A DNA stretch of 64,000 nt from an uncultured cyanobacterium. Lineage in GTDB: Bacteria > Cyanobacteriota > Cyanobacteriia > PCC-9006 > JAAUQQ01. This document shows positions 57,724-64,000 of this stretch, in pieces. Position 1 is the first letter of the stretch; every line of letters starts with the position of its first letter. The notes beneath the pieces are model-generated. The model worked only from the letters and a program-made list of their open reading frames with translations, was not told where the DNA came from and did not search any database. Location of the stretch: NCBI GenBank assembly GCA_963718615.1, contig OY970368.1:2624001-2688000 (forward strand). The letters are read 5' to 3'. A program made the translations under genes and the position numbers.

Positions 57724-58005
57724 TTGCCAACTGTGCCAAAATCTCGATATCCCCACCTCCTGGGCTCCAAATGGACAGCCCAACAGCCCACATTGGGATG
57801 GCGACATTTTCAGGTGGTGAATCGAAAAAATGAAGGCAGTTGGATTTTCGCCGAACTCGTGGCATCCTGCGATGAATCCGCTCGGCTTTGGGTCAATGCA
57901 AAGCTACTCAAGGACCGAGACCTCTGGTTACCAGGCTGGCGTTCCTTAGAAGAAATAAGAGCAGTTCATCTCCAGGGTATGTCTGCTTCCATCGAAGAAA
58001 ATTAG
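57724..58005 (+). CDS. TIGR02450-family Trp-rich protein
   Basis: SKWTA....GWRHFQV...LKD...W..GW. Confidence 0.85.
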   Translation: MPTVPKSRYPHLLGSKWTAQQPTLGWRHFQVVNRKNEGSWIFAELVASCDESARLWVNAKLLKDRDLWLPGWRSLEEIRAVHLQGMSASIEEN

Positions 58006-58283
58006 TCATATCAGCTTGCAAAAGCAAACCTATCTAAATCGACAGTTTTCGTCATCTTTTGTAATAGGCGCAGCAAGACTTACCTCGGCATTGCTCTGGA
58101 TCGCAAGACTCCTTTCTGTAGGGGCTTCTAGCGTTTGCGACCGCGCTTGAGCCGATCTTTTTTAGGACTCAAGATCCTACAAAACCTATTTTTTTTGCCT
58201 TTCCATCGCTATAGTTCGTCAAGGCTCGATTTCTGCTGGTAGCCTAGATCTCATACGACTTGCGCATCTTGTAGGACGAGCCC

Positions 58284-59057
58284 ATGGAAGTTATCCCTGC
58301 CATCGATCTGCTCAATGGACAATGCGTCCGACTTTATCAGGGTGATTATGAGCAGGCACAGGTTTTTGGCGAAGACCCCCTCGCCATGGCTCAGCATTGG
58401 GTCAAACAAGGTGCAACCCGTCTACATTTGGTGGACTTGGATGGGGCGAAGGATGGGCATCCCGTCAATCATGCTGTGATTGAAGCGATCGCCCGTAAAT
58501 TACCGATTCCGGTTCAAGTCGGTGGTGGACTGCGCGATCGCGCAGGGGTCGCTAAACTCCTGGCTTGCGGCGTTGAACGCGCCATTCTCGGCACCGTAGC
58601 TGTTGAGCAGCCCGAGCTGGTCCGACAGCTCTGCCAAGAATTCCCCCAGCAAATCGTTGTCGGAATTGATGCTAGAAATGGGCGAGTTGCCACCCGTGGC
58701 TGGCTCGAAACCTCCGAGGTGTCCGCCATCGACCTCGCTCAAACGATGGCCGCCAGTGGGGCTGCTGCCATTATCTATACCGACATCCAAAGGGACGGAA
58801 CGCTGCAAGGTCCTAACTTACCAGCCCTACGGGATATGGCTGAAGCCCTCTCCATTCCCGTCATTGCGTCCGGTGGCGTCAGTTCGCTAACGGATTTACT
58901 CAGTCTGTTGGCTCTGGAATCCGTTGGCATTCAGGGTGTCATCGTCGGACGTGCCCTCTATGACGGAGAGGTTCAACTGAAAGAAGCGATCGCTGCCGTG
59001 GGCAATGGTCGTCTCCAGGATGTTCCCTCCGAAATTAGCTCTTCTCAATTTGCCTAG
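58284..59057 (+). CDS. hisA: ProFAR isomerase
   Basis: IPAIDL..G.CVRLYQG, VDLDGA, TDIQRDG.L.GPN. Confidence 0.97.
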   Translation: MEVIPAIDLLNGQCVRLYQGDYEQAQVFGEDPLAMAQHWVKQGATRLHLVDLDGAKDGHPVNHAVIEAIARKLPIPVQVGGGLRDRAGVAKLLACGVERAILGTVAVEQPELVRQLCQEFPQQIVVGIDARNGRVATRGWLETSEVSAIDLAQTMAASGAAAIIYTDIQRDGTLQGPNLPALRDMAEALSIPVIASGGVSSLTDLLSLLALESVGIQGVIVGRALYDGEVQLKEAIAAVGNGRLQDVPSEISSSQFA

Positions 59058-59076
59058 GAGACATTAAAGATAATCC

Positions 59077-59424
59077 ATGGACAGTCAGTCAAAAGTTGAC
59101 AAAAGCGAATTACTAGACCTCGAAGCCGTTCAGCGGGCGCTTAACCGCTCTCGGGCCTCGATTTATCGCTACGCTAACACCGACCCGAAGGAACTCAACA
59201 AAGCGTTTGACCCCCAGCGCCTCAATCCAGAATATCGTTCAGACCCCCGTGAACCGCTGCTGTTCCATCCCAATGAAGTCGCTCGGTTTGCCCGCGATAT
59301 TCTCAAAATCAAGGATGTCACTGTCGAAGTGCTGTCTTCTCCCCACACGGTGACCCAAGAATTGCTGGAATCCATCCTGGAGGAAATCAAAGCCATTCGA
59401 CTGGTCATCGAGGAACGCGGCTAA
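59077..59424 (+). CDS. Conserved cyanobacterial HTH-like protein
   Basis: VQ.ALNRSRASIYRYANTD...LNPE.R...LLFHPNEVARFA. Confidence 0.8.
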   Translation: MDSQSKVDKSELLDLEAVQRALNRSRASIYRYANTDPKELNKAFDPQRLNPEYRSDPREPLLFHPNEVARFARDILKIKDVTVEVLSSPHTVTQELLESILEEIKAIRLVIEERG

Positions 59425-59463
59425 AAACACAGCCAAAAACACGGCTAAAAACACAGCTAAAAA
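59418..59463. repeat. About four 12-bp tandem repeats starting in the last codons and stop of the 59077 gene
   Basis: cggctaaaaaca cagccaaaaaca cggctaaaaaca cagctaaaaa. Confidence 0.9.
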
Positions 59464-59476
59464 GGCGAAACGCCCA

Positions 59477-59520
59477 CGAAGAGACGGCGAAGCTCGGTTA
59501 TGGCCGTAGTCGTCTCTTCG
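59477..59520. other. GC-rich stem-loop
   Basis: cgaagagacggc...gtcgtctcttcg; no T-tract. Confidence 0.65.
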
Positions 59521-59538
59521 GGGCTCCCAGAAAAGATT

Positions 59539-59594
59539 AATCCGGCAAATTCAATCCGGCAAATTCAATCCGGCAAATTCAATCCGGCAAACTC
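59539..59594. repeat. 4 x 14-bp tandem repeat
   Basis: aatccggcaaattc x3 + aatccggcaaactc; no spacers. Confidence 0.92.
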
Positions 59595-59705
59595 AACTTC
59601 AGGTCAGCCCAGTTCTAGCCATCTCTCAAGCTCTCCATCAGCCGATCGGAATAATTGGTAATCCCCCCCTCCTCGCTCCCAGGGAAATCCTGCTACGATA
59701 GGGGC

Positions 59706-59815
59706 ATAAGGCTCTGATGGTACCAAAAGCACCTGAGGCAAGGCTTTTTCGCCCTGCGGATTTCTGCGGAGGAAAAGATTCTTCGTTTCGGTGGGTTTTG
59801 GGACTTAGGGTACGC
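59706..59815 (+). ncRNA. Candidate rod-shaped structured RNA (sRNA or 5' leader)
   Basis: About 40 nested pairs centred at 59761 with many G-U pairs on the + strand; extended -10 TGcTACGAT at 59691-59699. Confidence 0.5.
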
Positions 59816-59929
59816 TTTGTTTCCCTGGCGGCCTTGAATCTGGCCTCTCGGTTAAAGCTTGTTGAAAGTTGCGTCAGCGACTGAACAAGCGTTGGGCTTG
59901 ATTCACTTATTGAGTTTGCTAACTAACGT

Positions 59930-60127
59930 ATGGATTCCAGTGGCCATCCGGCTGAACAAGAAGGTAACCCACACTCTAGAATTGTTGATTTTCTAGGGGT
60001 TACGATTGCAATTTTGACTTTGACCTTGCCACTTGGCGTTGTCTTTGTCTACTCCTCCGATAGCACTCCGTCTCTTCCAACCATGCTTTCTCGGAGGCCA
60101 GACACGGCGAAAAGCGTTCGTCCCTAG
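59930..60127 (+). CDS. Small single-TM hypothetical protein (65 aa)
   Basis: Hydrophobic segment FLGVTIAILTLTLPLGVVFVYS. Confidence 0.6.
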   Translation: MDSSGHPAEQEGNPHSRIVDFLGVTIAILTLTLPLGVVFVYSSDSTPSLPTMLSRRPDTAKSVRP

Positions 60128-60322
60128 CGGCCTGTCAGATTTCTCCCTAGGATTCAGCCTAACCGCTGTAAAATGCTTACTCGGAACTGATTAATCACCA
60201 CGCTCTTGGCGTCGTCGTGCCGCGAATTGGGTTTGAACTTGTGTTTGAACTTGGTCTTTTGGGCGTTGATGCTTTGGGTAGGGTTCCGCAATAAAAATTT
60301 GTAAGCTGTTTGGAGAATCTTA

Positions 60323-60832
60323 GTGGATCTTTCTCGTATTCCTGCCCAGCCAAAGCCGGGTATCGTCAACGTGCTGGTCGAAATTCCTGCGGGCAGCAAG
60401 AATAAGTATGAATTTGACAAAGATCTGAATGCCCTCGCACTCGATCGCGTGCTTTCGGCCTCAGTGGCTTATCCCTTCGACTATGGGTTTATTCCCAATA
60501 CCCTGGCAGATGATGGCGATCCCCTCGATGGCATGGTGATTATGGACCAACCCACCTTTCCGGGTTGTGTGATTGCGGCTCGGCCCATCGGCATGCTGGA
60601 GATGATTGATGGGGGCGATCGCGACGAGAAACTCCTCTGTGTACCCGTCAAAGATCCCCGCTATGCAGAAGTTCACACCCTCAAGGACATTGCGCCCCAC
60701 CGCCTGGAAGAAATCGCTGAGTTTTTCCGGACCTATAAGAACTTAGAAAAGAAAGTGACTGAAATTCTAGGTTGGAAAGATGCGGACCAAGTAGCGGCCC
60801 TGGTCGACACTTGCATTAAAGCGCACCAGTAA
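60323..60832 (+). CDS. ppa: Inorganic pyrophosphatase
   Basis: [25 protein letters not shown]. Confidence 0.97.
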   Translation: MDLSRIPAQPKPGIVNVLVEIPAGSKNKYEFDKDLNALALDRVLSASVAYPFDYGFIPNTLADDGDPLDGMVIMDQPTFPGCVIAARPIGMLEMIDGGDRDEKLLCVPVKDPRYAEVHTLKDIAPHRLEEIAEFFRTYKNLEKKVTEILGWKDADQVAALVDTCIKAHQ

Positions 60833-60949
60833 ACGCATAAGTTAGGCGCACAAGTCAGTGCACAAGTCAGCGGTTCAGCCCTCTAGACTCAACTGACCGC
60901 ATCGGGTTAGTTCTGGGGAAATGCGGGGTATCGAAGGAATCTCAAGCAC

Positions 60950-61903
60950 ATGTCGGAACGGGAAGCGGCATTGAGCGGTGTGGATTGCCCCGCATTTTCG
61001 GAACCTTTATTGTCTCGTCATAATATTTCGACAGAACTCTTGCAAATCCAGTTTTGGGGTGTGCGAGGGGAGTTATCGTCGCCGATGGGGTCCTATGGGG
61101 GCCATACGGGTTGTGTGTCGGTTGCGGTGGGACCGCAGCAGCTCGTTTTTGATGCGGGGACGGGACTTGCCGCCCTAGGCCAGCGGTGGAGCGCAGGGGA
61201 GGATCCTGTTCAAGCGCATTTATTTTTAACCCAGACCCAGTGGGATCGCACCCAGGGATTTTCCTGTTTTCAGCCTGCCTTTGGCCAAAGGAATCAGCTT
61301 TGGGTCTATGGTCCCGTGGCGATTACGGGAGCCTCGATTAAACAGCAAATTATGGATCAACTGCGGTTGCCCTATTCTGCGATCGCGCTGCGACAGATGC
61401 AGGCAACGATCCAGTTTCAAGACTTGCAGCCGGGAACGGTAGTGACAGTCGATCCCCAGATTCAAATCGAAACGCGGTTGCTGGAGCGGGCAACCTCTCC
61501 GGGATCGATCGCCCTAGGGTATCGACTCACTTGGCAAGGACGAACCTTAATCTATGCCACGGCCCTGAATATGGCACAGCTTAAGGCTCAGGCACTCAAA
61601 TCTTTTTTGGCCTGGGTTGAGGGGGCAGATGTGGTGATTTGTGGGGAGGCGGATGTGGGAGAACATTTGCGATCGCCCGAGTTTCATCCGGATCAAGATT
61701 GGCTACTCGCCCTCGATACGGCTCGTCTTCTGATCCAGCGGGCGGGGGTTCAGCGTCTGATTTTTGCCCGTCACCGTCCCCTCTTTCCAGATTGGCAGTT
61801 GCACGAATTAGAGAGCAGACTGCAAAAACTTTACCCCCAAGCGGAGCTGGCCTTTGAAGGGATGCGGGTTCAGGTTCCGCCCCGACCTCAAAACCATGAT
61901 TAA
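60950..61903 (+). CDS. MBL-fold hydrolase homolog lacking metal ligands
   Basis: FWGVRG...YGGHT.C, FDAGTGL, but LTQTQWDRTQG where THxHWDH is expected. Confidence 0.8.
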   Translation: MSEREAALSGVDCPAFSEPLLSRHNISTELLQIQFWGVRGELSSPMGSYGGHTGCVSVAVGPQQLVFDAGTGLAALGQRWSAGEDPVQAHLFLTQTQWDRTQGFSCFQPAFGQRNQLWVYGPVAITGASIKQQIMDQLRLPYSAIALRQMQATIQFQDLQPGTVVTVDPQIQIETRLLERATSPGSIALGYRLTWQGRTLIYATALNMAQLKAQALKSFLAWVEGADVVICGEADVGEHLRSPEFHPDQDWLLALDTARLLIQRAGVQRLIFARHRPLFPDWQLHELESRLQKLYPQAELAFEGMRVQVPPRPQNHD

Positions 61904-62041
61904 TCGTTCACACCGGGGATTGACGTTGGATTCAGGCTCGCCGTCGCGGCATCGGGCTGGCTTTGTGCGAACATGCTCAAGGGCTAATGCTTTAACGGCC
62001 CAATTTAGATTCAATCCCAGTCATTCCCGCTTGTGCTTGCC

Positions 62042-62554
62042 ATGGATCTCAAAGCCCTCATCCGCGATATCCCCGATTTTCCCAGGCCCGGCATTCTCTT
62101 TCGCGACATCACGACGCTCCTGCAAAATCCGGAGGGACTGCGCTACGCCGTCGATCGCATGACGGAATATTGCGCCGAGCTCCAGCCAGACTATATTGTC
62201 GGCATCGAATCCCGTGGATTTATTTTTGGTATGCCTGTGGCCCACCAGCTTAATGCCGGATTTATTCCCGTGCGGAAACCGGGCAAGCTGCCTGCGGCGA
62301 CCCATGGGGCGGAATATGCTTTGGAATATGGGAGCGATCGCATCGAAATCCACCAGGATGCCCTGCCCCAGGGCAGTCGCGTGGTGATTATTGATGATTT
62401 ATTGGCAACGGGCGGAACCGCAGCGGCAGCGGCTCAGCTGATTGACCAAACCGAAGCAGAATTAGCAGGGTTTGCGTTTTTGATTGAGCTCTTAGCCCTA
62501 GAAGGGCGCAAAAAGCTGCCCGAGGTGCCGATGGTGTCTTTGGTGGAGTATTGA
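62042..62554 (+). CDS. apt: Adenine phosphoribosyltransferase
   Basis: [31 protein letters not shown]. Confidence 0.97.
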   Translation: MDLKALIRDIPDFPRPGILFRDITTLLQNPEGLRYAVDRMTEYCAELQPDYIVGIESRGFIFGMPVAHQLNAGFIPVRKPGKLPAATHGAEYALEYGSDRIEIHQDALPQGSRVVIIDDLLATGGTAAAAAQLIDQTEAELAGFAFLIELLALEGRKKLPEVPMVSLVEY

Positions 62555-62565
62555 GGCTAAAAAGC

Positions 62566-63402
62566 ATGGTTCAGACTGTTTTGATTACGGGGGCTTCGAC
62601 CGGAATTGGCGAAGCCACGGCGCGCTTGTTTCAAGCCCAGGGGTGGAATGTGGCGGCAACGATGCGATCGCCCGAAAACCACCCCACACTGGCCCAGTTG
62701 CCTCGGGTTATCTGTCCTCGACTGGATGTGACGGAGGGGGAATCGATTGCGGGGGCGATCGCCCAAACCCTCGAAACCTTTGGCCGAATTGATGTAGTGG
62801 TGAATAACGCAGGCTATGGGCTCGTGGGAGCCTTTGAGGCGATCGACCCCGCCCAAATCCAAAAGCAGTTTGACACCAATGTCTTTGGTCTCATGGCGGT
62901 AGTTCGGGCAGTTTTACCCCAGATGCGGGCGCAACGCTCGGGGACGATTTTGAACGTCACGTCGATTGGCGGCAAGATGGCATTTCCGCTCTATAGCGTT
63001 TACCACGCAACCAAGTGGGGCGTAGAAGGCTTTTCGGAGTCGCTGCAGTATGAGCTTGCACCGTTTAATATTCAGGTCAAAATTATTGAGCCAGGGCTGA
63101 TTAAGACGGATTTCTATGGGCGATCGGAGGAGCTGGTTCGCAAGTCGGCGCTGACGGCCTATGATGCCTTCCTGGACAAGGTCGTTCCCAATCTGAAAAA
63201 GTCAGGAGCCCTGGGGTCCACCCCGGAAGCGACCGCCAAGGTGATCTATCGTGCCGCGACCGATGGCAAAACCCGCCTGCGCTATCCGGCGGCAGGCTAT
63301 GCGGGATTGTTACTGTTCCTACGCCAATTTTCTCGGGACCGGGCCTGGAGTGCCGGGGTTCGAGCCCTGACGATGCGGTCCAATCGCCGCCCTGGGGCAT
63401 AA
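62566..63402 (+). CDS. SDR family oxidoreductase
   Basis: TGASTGIG, NNAG, YHATK. Confidence 0.92.
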   Translation: MVQTVLITGASTGIGEATARLFQAQGWNVAATMRSPENHPTLAQLPRVICPRLDVTEGESIAGAIAQTLETFGRIDVVVNNAGYGLVGAFEAIDPAQIQKQFDTNVFGLMAVVRAVLPQMRAQRSGTILNVTSIGGKMAFPLYSVYHATKWGVEGFSESLQYELAPFNIQVKIIEPGLIKTDFYGRSEELVRKSALTAYDAFLDKVVPNLKKSGALGSTPEATAKVIYRAATDGKTRLRYPAAGYAGLLLFLRQFSRDRAWSAGVRALTMRSNRRPGA

Positions 63403-63405
63403 CCG

Positions 63406-63990
63406 CTAGGCAGGATAAAGCGCCCGCAAACGGGGCAAAATCTGGGCAAACGCACGGCCCCGGTGGCTCAAGACATGCTTTTGCTCCGGGCTCATTTCGG
63501 CGTAGGTGCGGTTGGCTTCCGGCACGAAGAAAATGGGGTCGTAGCCAAACCCGCCTTTGCCTCGGGGCTCAGGCAAAATCTCTCCGGGGCAAATCCCTTC
63601 TTCAGCTAGGGCAACGGAGCCATCAGGCCGAGCCACCACGACAGCACAGATAAACTCAGCGGAGCGATCGGGGTGAGGGCCTAGCTCCCGCAAGACACGG
63701 GCGATGCGATCGCCATCATCCTGACCATACCGAGCGGAGTAAAGCCCCGGTGCCCCATTCAGCGCAGTCACGGCTAAACCAGAATCATCGGCGATCGACC
63801 ATTTCCCCGTTGCCTTCGCCACTTGAACCGCCTTTAGTTCTGCATTCTCCAGAAACGTGGTTCCCGTTTCCTCAACCTCCAGGGCCTGGGGCTTCAGCTC
63901 CAGGCTCCAATCTGTTTTCAGGAGATACTGCTGCATTTCCTTGAGCTTTCCTGGATTTCCGGTGGCGACGACCAGTGTTTGAGTAGGCAT
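63406..63990 (-). CDS. rdgB: Non-canonical purine NTP pyrophosphatase (RdgB/HAM1)
   Basis: ATGNPGK, ADDSGL, GFGYDPIF, SHRG. Confidence 0.95.
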   Translation of the reverse strand: MPTQTLVVATGNPGKLKEMQQYLLKTDWSLELKPQALEVEETGTTFLENAELKAVQVAKATGKWSIADDSGLAVTALNGAPGLYSARYGQDDGDRIARVLRELGPHPDRSAEFICAVVVARPDGSVALAEEGICPGEILPEPRGKGGFGYDPIFFVPEANRTYAEMSPEQKHVLSHRGRAFAQILPRLRALYPA

Positions 63991-64000
63991 TGAGAAGTCA

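Larger units (their letters stand above)
1..64000. repeat. HIP1 highly iterated palindrome GCGATCGC, dispersed
   Basis: Octamer recurs throughout coding and intergenic DNA (e.g. 3561, 5231, 24487); known cyanobacterial hallmark; not counted. Confidence 0.95.

Noticed and set aside
59539-59594. Possible CRISPR array
   Set aside because: 14-bp units are contiguous with no spacers, and no cas genes are in the window.
59701-59870. tmRNA, SRP or 6S RNA suggested by the GGGGC start and rod fold
   Set aside because: No tRNA-like ends or tag ORF, no SRP domain IV motif, and the rod is too short and lacks a central bubble; kept only as an unknown RNA candidate.

Overview
Cyanobacterial chromosomal window: the HIP1 octamer GCGATCGC occurs throughout, and ycf3, ycf54, ndhP and sigF are present. 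Housekeeping genes (gatC, sds, murI, pyrB, pdxJ, crtE, folD, rpsU, ispD, ubiD, hisA, ppa, apt, rdgB) alternate with two surface/adhesion blocks. Block 1 (17-32 kb) has a repeat adhesin with an RTX tail, a cyanobacteriochrome-type hybrid kinase split by an IS3 element, a REC-kinase, a REC-GGDEF-EAL protein, a glycosyltransferase and a PTPA-CTERM protein. Block 2 (38-46 kb) has a cadherin/SdrD-B/RTX adhesin, a 73-aa micro PEP-CTERM protein and a 1106-aa protein. The 1106-aa protein appears to combine a Gram-positive-type Cys-Gln thioester domain, SdrD-B stalk repeats and an FrpC-like self-processing module with Ser-Pro in place of Asp-Pro; this candidate covalent adhesion system is the most interesting signal. 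Also present: small genes the ORF track missed (ndhP, rpsU) or over-extended (probable atpT), a CHAT-PstS pseudogene with two lesions, GTAG-type REP elements, two candidate structured RNAs and many short tandem duplications. No rRNA, tRNA or CRISPR array was seen. All family calls come from motif recognition by eye, not from database searches.
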